IMG/VR virus record: IMGVR_UViG_3300025137_005045
Reading direction: 5' to 3' (one strand)
DNA length: 64,000 nucleotides
Origin: a virus
Taxonomy: Duplodnaviria; Caudoviricetes
Shown: positions 8,855 through 18,342 of the stretch, piece by piece
Layout of the letters: each line of letters starts with the position of its first letter
How positions within the stretch are numbered: the stretch's first letter is position 1
Program-made: the position numbers and the translations under genes
The notes under the pieces: generated by a model
The model's database searches: none
Told to the model about the DNA's origin: nothing
Seen by the model: only the letters and a program-made list of their open reading frames with translations

Positions 8855-10142
8855 ACCAGTGTAATGCCTCCGGGCGTTCACTTAAAATGTCAGCAAGGGT
8901 GTATTTGTCCTTACGTATAAGTTCTAATTGTAACACACGACGCTTACCTTTTGCAAGACTTTCTTGGTAAGTATCTGGCCATTGTTCTTCAAAAGTTGGC
9001 CGTGTTTTAAGTTGCACCAATATGTCACGCATAGCACCGTTGCTAGTAACAATTAGTTCATCTAACCAAGGATGCAATATTGATTTTGGTAATGCTAGCG
9101 GACTAAAAATAATATCAGGAGTAAAACTAAAGATTACTTTGGCTAGTATGTCTACACCTTTTTCTTCTGCGAGCGTTTGGATGTTTTCGACTTCGAAGAG
9201 TCCTGGGAGCGTGAGCGTGAAGTCGATACGTAACTGGCGGCTATGTATTTTACTCTCAACTCCCTGATCGAAGTTTTCAAGCCACGAACCATACTTGAGA
9301 CCTGTCCTAATGTACTCTCCAATTTTTCCTGTTCCGTCAAGCGACGCACAGATTTGCCAGTCCCGTAACCTAGAAAGTATATCCCGATACAAATTAATAC
9401 CGCGATAATCACATCTGCTAAGATTTGTATTATATCTTGCGTAAACATTTTTACCGTCTCCTAATTCAACTATCCGTTTCATGTACTTCCAATGTTGCTC
9501 GTACATTAACGGTTCCCCTCCTACCCAATAAACCTCTTCTATGCGGTGGTCTTCCACCGCTTGGGCAAATTCCTGCTCTACTACAGAGTCCTGGAACTTC
9601 TCAATTTCTTTCTTAACATCGCGTTTCATCCAGTTGTTTTTAGGATTTGACCAGTTAATCATATTGTGCTTGCGTTGTTCTGTTTCCCATGCACTTGATA
9701 ACATATCGCCACATGTGCGGCATTTGAAGTTACATAAATTACTAAAACGATAATCCCAACTTACAGGTTCCATCGTTGTATGGCCTGTTTCGTCTGTTGT
9801 TTCCCATAACTTTGTATAGTATTTACTACTGAATAGTCTATCAAAATATGTACGGTAAACATCAGTATTCAACAGCTTATCGTTGCATACGGCACATTCC
9901 GCTAAGGTTTCTCCAGCCATCATGCGTTTACGAACTGATTTCATATGGTCACTGTTCCAGTGATCGTGCAATGTGATTGGCTGATATTCTCCCGTACCTT
10001 CTTTGGTATCTATATACTGTTCAAACGATTGTGCATCCTCACGACTAGCACAGCACATACGTCTTTCAGTCTGTGGCGATAGATAAGTATGTGTCCACGG
10101 AGCCATACACAATGTTTCTGGTTTGTTTTTAGGTTCTTTCAT
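8835..10142 (-). CDS. Radical SAM protein with N-terminal SPASM/twitch-like Cys domain
   Basis: CxxxCxxC (CNFKCRTC), GGEP, YNTN, ASLDG; N-terminal CMAPW..MCCAS..CAVC. Confidence 0.9.
   Translation of the reverse strand: MKEPKNKPETLCMAPWTHTYLSPQTERRMCCASREDAQSFEQYIDTKEGTGEYQPITLHDHWNSDHMKSVRKRMMAGETLAECAVCNDKLLNTDVYRTYFDRLFSSKYYTKLWETTDETGHTTMEPVSWDYRFSNLCNFKCRTCGDMLSSAWETEQRKHNMINWSNPKNNWMKRDVKKEIEKFQDSVVEQEFAQAVEDHRIEEVYWVGGEPLMYEQHWKYMKRIVELGDGKNVYARYNTNLSRCDYRGINLYRDILSRLRDWQICASLDGTGKIGEYIRTGLKYGSWLENFDQGVESKIHSRQLRIDFTLTLPGLFEVENIQTLAEEKGVDILAKVIFSFTPDIIFSPLALPKSILHPWLDELIVTSNGAMRDILVQLKTRPTFEEQWPDTYQESLAKGKRRVLQLELIRKDKYTLADILSERPEALHWYESIGS
9152..9448 (-). CDS. Candidate overprinted gene (+1 frame in radical SAM): N-terminal TM helix, coiled-coil-like middle, Ser/Lys/Arg-rich tail
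   Basis: SD AGGAG 9 nt before ATG; host gene uses rare codons (ACG, CTC, TCG, CGG, CGC) across the overlap. Confidence 0.55.
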   Translation of the reverse strand: MFTQDIIQILADVIIAVLICIGIYFLGYGTGKSVRRLTEQEKLESTLGQVSSMVRGLKTSIRELRVKYIAASYVSTSRSRSQDSSKSKTSKRSQKKKV

Positions 10143-11202
10143 ACCACTCTTTTATTTTCTTAAGCTGTAAAATATTATTTTTTACACAATTTTTATTAAA
10201 CTCACCACTAATAATCATCTCTAAATTATATTCTGCACTGTTGCGAGCTTGAGTAAAGTCATCAATATTTTTCAGTTCATCTAATAATTTAAATAAGTTT
10301 TCTAGTCTTGTAAAATCTTCTTGTATGCTGTCATACCCTAGATCAAAACCATAATCAAACTTCATTCCTAATTTTGTTAAAAATGATAATGTATTAGCTT
10401 GTCCTACAGGTAGAAATGGTTGTTTAGCTATTAAGGGTTTCCACGTTTTCTCTGTCAGATAAGGAGTAGTATATATACCTTTGTTGTTAAACTCTGTATT
10501 GTATATACTTTCATTTGTTAGATTAAATTCACAATTTAGATAGGCTGGGTTGCTCCAATGACCGTTGTTTATTGGCAAATTTATATCTTCGTCGAATGAA
10601 TCTATAGTGATTATTCCTATATTATTAAATGCTGGACTAGAAAGATATTTTTCGACTATGTCTGAAATATAATATCCCTCCTGTTTCCAATAATGTTGTT
10701 CCTCACTATCAGACCAAGCATGCCAACTTAATAAACTATCCGGATATTCGTTTATTAGGTATGCTGTGATAGCCGACTTATGAAATTCTTCTCTAAAAGA
10801 TAGAGAGCTGAATAGACGAGTCTTTGGGTGTTGTTTCTGACAATGTCCATACATCTCATTCATATGTTCGAGCTGATATCCATATGATATCCATTGAGCA
10901 TACGTTACATTTTCGGGCCATATGTTGCTTGGACTACCATCAGACAATAGTAAAAAATTTATGTCAGAATATTTCTTGAAGAATTCTAACAAGTCAAAAT
11001 AATTATAATACTCAGTGTGAAAACTAATGATTACATTTTTATAGTGTTGTGGAACTTTAACTGTTGTAATATTTTGAATATTAAGTAAAAAATAAACAGA
11101 GTCTAAATCAAGTTCAATTAACGGTTGATATAATGTATGTTTAATTATTTCTTTTGTTCCAATTATGTTTTGAGGAATGTAATCATCAATTTTCATACCC
11201 AA
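10129..11202 (-). CDS. Hypothetical protein with LTEKTWKP motif, glycosyltransferase-like
   Basis: FNLTNES...YLTEKTWKPLIAKQPF...DLGYD; paralog of 3779..4957. Confidence 0.5.
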   Translation of the reverse strand: MGMKIDDYIPQNIIGTKEIIKHTLYQPLIELDLDSVYFLLNIQNITTVKVPQHYKNVIISFHTEYYNYFDLLEFFKKYSDINFLLLSDGSPSNIWPENVTYAQWISYGYQLEHMNEMYGHCQKQHPKTRLFSSLSFREEFHKSAITAYLINEYPDSLLSWHAWSDSEEQHYWKQEGYYISDIVEKYLSSPAFNNIGIITIDSFDEDINLPINNGHWSNPAYLNCEFNLTNESIYNTEFNNKGIYTTPYLTEKTWKPLIAKQPFLPVGQANTLSFLTKLGMKFDYGFDLGYDSIQEDFTRLENLFKLLDELKNIDDFTQARNSAEYNLEMIISGEFNKNCVKNNILQLKKIKEWYERT

Positions 11203-12769
11203 TGGCCTCTGCTAGTTCAGGATGGTGGTCCCATAAGTTTTCTTTTCTAATGCCGTCTTTGTCTCTTACCTTTCTTAATAGTTCACTACCGTCTGAGCTT
11301 TTGCCTTGTTCCATAAAACTTATACAACTGTCAAACTGCTTTCTATGATAGCTATTAACGTCACTGTCATTGAGACGTTGCTCTGCTAAACGTTTAGCCT
11401 GAGTAGGCAGTGATCTAATACTAACAGCTTCTTCATCGTGTAACATATTCCAATACACATTATCAAATCCTTGTTTGTCAATCCAATGAGCTAGTCCTTC
11501 TAGATACATAACGTTAAACACGTTGATTGTAGAGCAAACCTGTAGAACTATGTTACCAAGTTCTTGTTTAAGCTCTCTAAACTTTCTTATATTATCATTA
11601 ACTTCTGACCATATAGCATTCTTACGCTGATATTCAAAACGTTCATCAACATCATCTATACTGAATGCTATTTCAACTAACTTAAAATGTTTCCATATAT
11701 GTTTAGCATCAGGAAAATTTGTTCCGTTAGTGTTGTAGTGTATTTCAACATTTCCAGCAACACCCAATTCAATTAGCTTCTCTAAGAAATCAAAATGCTC
11801 TCTTATTAAGAATGGCTCTCCACCTGTAAATTCTAAATATTTTATTTCGTTACTAAGTTCGTGAAGCCTGTCCCAAAAGTGAGATTGTTCTCGCGGCCAT
11901 CTTCCCAATTGAATAGTTTTATAAGCAAAACTATTTTTCTTATCTTGTTTAGGTAATTCTTCTGTTGCTATTTGACTAGATGAGTAACTGCCACATATCC
12001 GACATTTTAGATTACATATATTACCGACTTTTAGGTCAAACATCATCAATTCCTTGCGTTCTTCTGTCCAGGTTTGATTGGCAATACCTAGATGCTTTAA
12101 TCTGTCTAGGGTGTTTAATCTCTTGCTGATCCCGTCACTGTCTTCTACTCTCCAACATTTATCACAAGTATCAGGCTTTCCTCCAGCTAAAAAATCTTTT
12201 CTAAGTTGCTTCATTGAATGGGCATTTAGTACCTCATCTAATGTATTTTTCGTAACTGTTAGCTTGTTGCCTTTTTCATCTTTAATATGTTCTTCTGCTA
12301 AACAACACACAGCATGGGAACCGTTTGGTTGTATTTCTAATGCTACCCATGGCAAAATACAGAAACTATCGGTTGGTAAATTTAGACTTTCTATTCTAGA
12401 CTCTAAATCCGAATGGTTTATTGTTTGTGTTTCTTGTTGAATAATTTTATACTGATTGCCGTCAATTAATACAGAAGTAAAGGGTGTAGGATCATAACTT
12501 AACTCACGTGTTACTCTTTCTATTTCCTGAACAATATTTTTATCTTCAGTTACTACCATAACAAAAAAGTTTGATATATCTAAACTATTAATAATATTCT
12601 GTAAGTCATTTAGTACACTAATATCAGGCATTGATACAATAATACGCTCATTGTTCTCATATTTGTCTTTTTGTATAGCTTGTAACTGTTTAACTAGATC
12701 TTTAGAGCTGTCGATACTGTGTGCTGTGTACTGTAAAGATAAAACCTTAATTATTGATTCGTATTTCAT
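11186..12769 (-). CDS. Radical SAM protein with N-terminal extension and SPASM/twitch-like domain
   Basis: CNLKCRIC, FTGGEP, YNTN, FSID; FCILPW..VCCLA..CDKCW; about 140-aa extra N-terminus. Confidence 0.9.
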   Translation of the reverse strand: MKYESIIKVLSLQYTAHSIDSSKDLVKQLQAIQKDKYENNERIIVSMPDISVLNDLQNIINSLDISNFFVMVVTEDKNIVQEIERVTRELSYDPTPFTSVLIDGNQYKIIQQETQTINHSDLESRIESLNLPTDSFCILPWVALEIQPNGSHAVCCLAEEHIKDEKGNKLTVTKNTLDEVLNAHSMKQLRKDFLAGGKPDTCDKCWRVEDSDGISKRLNTLDRLKHLGIANQTWTEERKELMMFDLKVGNICNLKCRICGSYSSSQIATEELPKQDKKNSFAYKTIQLGRWPREQSHFWDRLHELSNEIKYLEFTGGEPFLIREHFDFLEKLIELGVAGNVEIHYNTNGTNFPDAKHIWKHFKLVEIAFSIDDVDERFEYQRKNAIWSEVNDNIRKFRELKQELGNIVLQVCSTINVFNVMYLEGLAHWIDKQGFDNVYWNMLHDEEAVSIRSLPTQAKRLAEQRLNDSDVNSYHRKQFDSCISFMEQGKSSDGSELLRKVRDKDGIRKENLWDHHPELAEAIGYEN

Positions 12770-14021
12770 TTAACTCCGGTATTGCTTCTGATATGTTTTC
12801 GTTTCTAATTTTATCTAACTCTTGCATACGTTCCCAAAACTTAGGAAGTTGATCTTGATTGTTGCCTTCTAAAAAGTTAAGTGCTGATTCAAATCCCACA
12901 GTTGCTCTATTCAATTTATCTAACGGACGTAACCATTCTAAGTGTTCTTCAAACTTAGCCTTAATTTTATCTTTATATTCTTGTGGTGCAATATCAATAC
13001 GCAACCATAATGGGTCTTGTAATACGTTAACGTTTAAGTCTTGAGGTTTAATGTATCCTTTGTTAACCCACTCACGATGGAAATCAGGTAAGTGCAACGC
13101 ATTTTGTATTGATAGTGTAGGACTAATATAGAAGTCAACATCAGGACATATTTCCATCATTAGACGTCTGTTTTCTTCTATCTCTGCCCACTTAGTACCT
13201 TTTCTAATATACTCAGCACGTGGACCCATTGCGTCAAGACTAGCACCCACTGCAACACTATCAAACTTCTTCCAATAGTCAAACACTAACCGGTCTTTAA
13301 GTTTTGTTTTAGAGAAGTTTGTGTTGTATACTAATCGTACATCAAAGCGATTACGCTTTTCTAGTTCTTCTAGGATAACATAATGCTCATCCATCATTAA
13401 AGGCTCACCGCCAGCGAAATATATTTGTTCTACGTAATCTAAATGTTCGTACAACTGTTCCATAATATCTGTTTCGTGTCGACCTGCCCAGAACAGAGCC
13501 TTGTTCTGTTTGTTATGGCCTTCACCGGTTAACACCTTTTGATCTTTATACCAACTTGAACTAAAGATATGTCCACATGAACGACATGATAAATTACATA
13601 AGTTACTAAAGCGTATGTCCCAATATGTCATTTCAAAAGGAGGATCTATGTCTGTGCCTTTTTTAATATTGTGTCCGTGATGTTTGTTAGCACTCTTGCG
13701 TCCTGAAAAGAAACCAGCATCCTCTTGTTCATAACATCTAGTACACGCTGAATTCTCACGTTCATTTAACATGTCTTCACGTAGTTGTTTCATCTTGGCG
13801 CCTGACCATATTTCTTTCATTGGTTGCTGTTGACAGTTACCAACTTTCTCAGGCATTTCAGCATGACAACAAGGATAAGCATCACCAGTTGGGTATGCGT
13901 GTAAATGTATCCAAGGATACATACAAAATGTTTTTGATTCTGTTAATAAAAACTTTTCACGATCGTTCAATTGATCTAGACTAATCTTTACTGGTTCACT
14001 TGAATTGTAATTATAAGCCAT
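12747..14021 (-). CDS. Radical SAM protein with N-terminal SPASM/twitch-like domain
   Basis: CNLSCRSC, FAGGEP, YNTN, ASLD; FCMYPW..PCCHA..CTRCY. Confidence 0.9.
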   Translation of the reverse strand: MAYNYNSSEPVKISLDQLNDREKFLLTESKTFCMYPWIHLHAYPTGDAYPCCHAEMPEKVGNCQQQPMKEIWSGAKMKQLREDMLNERENSACTRCYEQEDAGFFSGRKSANKHHGHNIKKGTDIDPPFEMTYWDIRFSNLCNLSCRSCGHIFSSSWYKDQKVLTGEGHNKQNKALFWAGRHETDIMEQLYEHLDYVEQIYFAGGEPLMMDEHYVILEELEKRNRFDVRLVYNTNFSKTKLKDRLVFDYWKKFDSVAVGASLDAMGPRAEYIRKGTKWAEIEENRRLMMEICPDVDFYISPTLSIQNALHLPDFHREWVNKGYIKPQDLNVNVLQDPLWLRIDIAPQEYKDKIKAKFEEHLEWLRPLDKLNRATVGFESALNFLEGNNQDQLPKFWERMQELDKIRNENISEAIPELNEIRINN

Positions 14022-15366
14022 TATACCAATCCTCTAATTCAGGAAACGTTTCAGTAAAGTTCTTTCCCCTACGTTCGTCATACTGTGTATAAAATTGTTT
14101 AAAGTCATTTAGTAGTTTAGGCATTTCAAATGATTCTGAATGCGGCCTTTCTACTATATTTAAGTAATCAACTAATCTTTCTATATGATTTATTTCAAAC
14201 TCGTGTAGTCTATCACCATAGTTTGCTTTAAATATGTTTAATCTATTTGCTTGTGCTTGTCTAAACTGCTTATCCAATACCAATGCTGATTGAAAGCTAG
14301 GAAAGCGTAGAATATTTAGTGTAAAATTAATTGCGTCTTTTCCGTATTCTTGTTTAAGATAGACTATCTGTTTCAACAAATAAGGTAGTCTAATCAAGCA
14401 CAGAGCGTTCACTGTACACATTACATGTAATCCACGTAGCTTTTTACTATCTAACAAATAACGAACGTTTGCAAGCCATTGACCGTAATCTAATCCATCA
14501 CGTATATACTCGGCATGATTATAAGTTGCTTCGTTTGATGTGTATATGTCTAGTTCAACATCCTGTGCGGCTTCCAACAATCTATCTATTTTCTTTTGAT
14601 CTAATGCTAGATTACTGTTAACAGCTATACGTGTTTTTGACTTTCCTCTATTAGTTTTAAACCAATCAAACAGTTGCCATGTATAACCTGACATCAAAGG
14701 CTCGCCACCTGTTATCCTTAATTCAGTTAAGGTCTTGTGAAGATCGGACTCCCACCACTTGAAGAATGCCTCAACATAAGGATTATCATCACGGATAGTA
14801 AAAAGCTGACTGCTATCGTGACTATGAGTAAAGTGATTGCGGCCGTCACTAACCAACTTGGTATAAGCACCATTTTGCTTAATGTCCCTAGCCCAACTAC
14901 TGCTAAAAGCGGGATTGCAATAAGTACAAGCCAACTGGCAAGTCCTATCAAAAGCAATTTCCAAAGTTCTAAGGTTAACATCTTGTGTCCAAGGCTTAGT
15001 GTGTGCTTCATTTAATTCCTCATCTGTGTATATTCTAGTTTTATCTACACGGTCTGATATTTTGTCAGTACCCATGTCCTCAATTTTCCAACAGTACTCA
15101 CAGCCTTTAGGTCTCTCACCTACCTGCATCTGTCTACGCTGTTCTTTCTTTTCAACAGTATTATGTAACGCACTTGGATTTGTTTTAATTAGTTCACGAT
15201 CAATCTGATGCGGTAAGGGATGATGACAACTGGTAGTTTGTCCGCTACCTAGCCATATGGTAGCATTATACCATTTAGCACCACAGAAGCTATCAGATTT
15301 AATGTCGATAACTCTACGTTTATATGTTAAGTCAGATTCATTAGGCTTTTTTGGCATGTTGTTCAC
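14011..15366 (-). CDS. Radical SAM protein with N-terminal SPASM/twitch-like domain
   Basis: CQLACTYC, ITGGEP, VNSN; FCGAKW..SCHHP..CEYCW. Confidence 0.9.
   Translation of the reverse strand: MNNMPKKPNESDLTYKRRVIDIKSDSFCGAKWYNATIWLGSGQTTSCHHPLPHQIDRELIKTNPSALHNTVEKKEQRRQMQVGERPKGCEYCWKIEDMGTDKISDRVDKTRIYTDEELNEAHTKPWTQDVNLRTLEIAFDRTCQLACTYCNPAFSSSWARDIKQNGAYTKLVSDGRNHFTHSHDSSQLFTIRDDNPYVEAFFKWWESDLHKTLTELRITGGEPLMSGYTWQLFDWFKTNRGKSKTRIAVNSNLALDQKKIDRLLEAAQDVELDIYTSNEATYNHAEYIRDGLDYGQWLANVRYLLDSKKLRGLHVMCTVNALCLIRLPYLLKQIVYLKQEYGKDAINFTLNILRFPSFQSALVLDKQFRQAQANRLNIFKANYGDRLHEFEINHIERLVDYLNIVERPHSESFEMPKLLNDFKQFYTQYDERRGKNFTETFPELEDWYNGL
14727..15011 (-). CDS. Candidate overprinted 94-aa multi-pass membrane protein (holin-like), +1 frame in radical SAM
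   Basis: SD GAGG 6 nt before ATG; about 60 nearly uninterrupted hydrophobic residues; only 8 of 94 host codons in the overlap end in A, far fewer than in the flanks. Confidence 0.6.
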   Translation of the reverse strand: MKHTLSLGHKMLTLELWKLLLIGLASWLVLIAIPLLAVVGLGTLSKMVLIPSWLVTAAITLLIVTIAVSFLLSVMIILMLRHSSSGGSPIFTRP

Positions 15367-16771
15367 ACTCCTTCCACCATGTTTCCATCTCAGGAAATAT
15401 CTTTAGAAAGTTTGTACCTCTTCTCTTATCATGTTCTGTAAAAAATTTATAAAAGTCTGCTTTCTGTTGGGCAAGGTATTTAGTGTCTAGTTTTTGACCG
15501 TTACGCATCCAAGCGATATCTCTATCAAGCCGTTGCATTTCATAATCTTTAAATCCTTTAAAACGTGTTTCTTCTGTTTCTCTCCACTTCAACATCCAAG
15601 CCCATAATAGTTCAAGTTGATCACAATAGCTTTCTGGAAGTATCTGCATGCTTTGCCATTCGGGTGTACGCAATAGAGGAGTATCAAACCATACACGTTG
15701 GTATGTATTTGAGTATACATGTCTAAGTCCGTTAATACCTGCTAGTATACTGCCAAATGATGTTACATTTAGATTATTCATTGTGATAATAAATGTTATG
15801 CTTGAACGTTCTGGTACTTCTGTCAAGAATTGATTAACACGTTCCCATAACAACTCAAAGTTCAATCCATCACGTATGTATTCTGCTTTATCTCCAAAAG
15901 CATCAACTGACACATACTGCATGAAATGTTCTACATTGTCATCTCGACATATCATCTTGACATAATCTAAATACTTGACCCATAGTTTTTCACTTACTGA
16001 AAAGTTTGATGTTGTTGATAGATGTAAGTCAGATTTAGGATTGGCTAACACATGATCAAATACCTTATACGTATTCTTATCCATCATTGGTTCGCCACCT
16101 GTCATACGGAAGTGTTTAAGCTCAGGATATAAGTCAGGCCACCATTCCCAAAATGCTTCTACATAAGGATTATGTTCTCTAAAAGGTATAGGCTTACGAC
16201 TGCCTTGAAAGTATTTAGGATCATTATGAGGAGTTGATGTAGGCCACGCACCATGTTTGTCAGTTTCTTTTTCCCAAGCAGTTGAATACTGTGGTGAACA
16301 ATAACTACAGCGTAGATTACAGTTATGATTAAAGTTTACTTCTACATAGCTAGGTATAACATCTTGGTCCCAAGGTGCATCTACTATTTCTTTAAAACTT
16401 TCAGCGGCCCATGGCTCGCCTGAACGATAATGCCTATCACTTAGCTGACCATTATCTTCTGCATTCCAACAGTATGAACACTCATCAGGACGCTTTCCCT
16501 CTAACATCTGCTTACGTGCTTGTTTCTTTTCAGCAGTGTTGTGTAACGCACCTGGATGAAATGTCAATGGCTTAACATCTATATCATGTAAGGGAGGATG
16601 ATAGCATGAGTTAGTTTTACCTGTTGTAAGGTGTAAGCTGACCTGTTTCCATTTAGCTAGGCACATGCTAGGACTTACTGAGTCTAGTTGAGCTTTGGCC
16701 AACTCTGCATCACTTAAGAACTTTGACTTAAAGTCTACTCCTGTTTCATCACCTTTGTTTTGTTTGTTCAT
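15341..16771 (-). CDS. Radical SAM protein with N-terminal SPASM/twitch-like domain
   Basis: CNLRCSYC, MTGGEP, TTSN, VSVD; MCLAKW..SCYHP..CSYCW. Confidence 0.9.
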   Translation of the reverse strand: MNKQNKGDETGVDFKSKFLSDAELAKAQLDSVSPSMCLAKWKQVSLHLTTGKTNSCYHPPLHDIDVKPLTFHPGALHNTAEKKQARKQMLEGKRPDECSYCWNAEDNGQLSDRHYRSGEPWAAESFKEIVDAPWDQDVIPSYVEVNFNHNCNLRCSYCSPQYSTAWEKETDKHGAWPTSTPHNDPKYFQGSRKPIPFREHNPYVEAFWEWWPDLYPELKHFRMTGGEPMMDKNTYKVFDHVLANPKSDLHLSTTSNFSVSEKLWVKYLDYVKMICRDDNVEHFMQYVSVDAFGDKAEYIRDGLNFELLWERVNQFLTEVPERSSITFIITMNNLNVTSFGSILAGINGLRHVYSNTYQRVWFDTPLLRTPEWQSMQILPESYCDQLELLWAWMLKWRETEETRFKGFKDYEMQRLDRDIAWMRNGQKLDTKYLAQQKADFYKFFTEHDKRRGTNFLKIFPEMETWWKECEQHAKKA

Positions 16772-17447
16772 TAATTATTTTTGCCCATTCTTTATTTGCT
16801 TCATTATTTGGATGAAGTCCATCTTCTCCATAAAGATTTTTTTCTCTCGCTAATTCAAATATACCATCTTTTCCTTCATTGAGAAAAATCCAGTTTTTAA
16901 AGTCTATTTTATCTACTAGGTTGTCAAGATCTAATCCTCTAACACTTGGTAGGGTAATACCATTTTCGATGTAAGACTCATTCCAATAATTCATAAAACT
17001 CATAAATCTATATTTTTGATTTCGTGCTTTTAAAAACTCTTGTAACTTTATCATATTAAGTAAACTATCAAAGACCATTCCTCTAAGATCGCTAAATGCT
17101 ATCTTAGGTTTAGCAATATCTATCATCGGACTATCAGGACTATCACCAACATTACAGTGGCCATATCTTATTCCTAAATTATTTTTACTCTTAAAATACC
17201 AAAAATCGTTCCATGTTGGTTCGTTAATTATTTCATCAATCCTGGTTAACCCACTCCACATTACTAACACCATATCATAATTATTATAGAGCAATTCGGT
17301 TATGGTTGCATCACATATCCATTTATTACCTGCACCATGCTGGGCTATATTTTTATTAGGAAAATTTACATAATCTGCCCAACTTGGGTCTTCACTTAGT
17401 GCAGTATAACTGCATCCATTTACTAGTAGTGACTTATTTGTAGACAT
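16749..17447 (-). CDS. SGNH/GDSL-like hydrolase or acyltransferase fold protein
   Basis: Block I NGCSYT, block II-like AQHGAGN, block V DGLHPN. Confidence 0.7.
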   Translation of the reverse strand: MSTNKSLLVNGCSYTALSEDPSWADYVNFPNKNIAQHGAGNKWICDATITELLYNNYDMVLVMWSGLTRIDEIINEPTWNDFWYFKSKNNLGIRYGHCNVGDSPDSPMIDIAKPKIAFSDLRGMVFDSLLNMIKLQEFLKARNQKYRFMSFMNYWNESYIENGITLPSVRGLDLDNLVDKIDFKNWIFLNEGKDGIFELAREKNLYGEDGLHPNNEANKEWAKIINEQTKQR

Positions 17448-18342
17448 CTATCTCTCTTACCATAGGTCCTTGATTACGCCAATTTGATCTATAGTGTCGT
17501 TTAAAAAATTTACTTTGCTCCGCATCCATCTCAACAATGTCTAGATCTAATCTGCCTAAGGCTTTGGCGTATTCGGTCAACAGTGGCTCCGGATTTTGAT
17601 CTTTAATTGTTTCCCACTTCTTTCCCAAGTTGTCAAACCATTGTACTTCTCTATAATTCCAATCGCTTAACATGGTCATGTGTGTTCCTAGTCTAGCACC
17701 TAACATTGCCCATTCTCCATTTTCAACATCTCTGCCTACATTATGCCATATAGCAAGATTATCTAAGTTACGACCATGTGCTTTTTGTTTAAAATCACTT
17801 GTGCTAGGCTTAGTGCCACGGTCTAAACACATCTTAACTCCTTCACGAAATCCTGCACGCCATGCTTGGAAAGGTGTTGCATTTGGATATGTAGTTGAAT
17901 AACAATCATTCATTGCCCAATACAAGGGATCAAAACAAAACTCCACAGCAGTATCATCTGCTCCGTCACTGTGTTCGTGTGTTTTCATATTGTATATGAA
18001 CTCTTTTGTCCAACAACTTAATCCACCGTTACCGTACATGAGTCCGTTAATATTATTACGAGCTCTCCAACGGAATACTGCCTTTTCATAATCTTCGTCT
18101 TTAAGATCTAAAGTTAAATCAAAGAAGTCTATATTAGGTAAGTTATCACCATCTATTAGAATGAAACGATCTGTACCGCTTACATCAGCCGCGGCTTTAT
18201 GTGCGGCATCACTACCTTCCACTCCATCTACACGTTTTGCCCACGGTACCATGTTTTTAATTTGCACCCAGAACTCTTCTTTTTTGGGCTCATCATAACT
18301 GAGGTAAACTACATCTAAATCTGCTATGTCGATCTTAGTCAT
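17434..18342 (-). CDS. Glycosyltransferase-like (GT-A-like) protein
   Basis: LDVVYLSY..., FILIDGDN (DxD), AWRAGFREGVKM; paralog of 2494..3795. Confidence 0.6.
   Translation of the reverse strand: MTKIDIADLDVVYLSYDEPKKEEFWVQIKNMVPWAKRVDGVEGSDAAHKAAADVSGTDRFILIDGDNLPNIDFFDLTLDLKDEDYEKAVFRWRARNNINGLMYGNGGLSCWTKEFIYNMKTHEHSDGADDTAVEFCFDPLYWAMNDCYSTTYPNATPFQAWRAGFREGVKMCLDRGTKPSTSDFKQKAHGRNLDNLAIWHNVGRDVENGEWAMLGARLGTHMTMLSDWNYREVQWFDNLGKKWETIKDQNPEPLLTEYAKALGRLDLDIVEMDAEQSKFFKRHYRSNWRNQGPMVREIDVYK

Noticed and set aside
9425-9616. Antisense Pro-rich ORF as an o-spanin lipoprotein partner
   Set aside because: Opposite strand to the putative i-spanin, non-canonical lipobox (LSVSC), and the Pro richness is explained by G-ending host codons. 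Kept only as a caveat.
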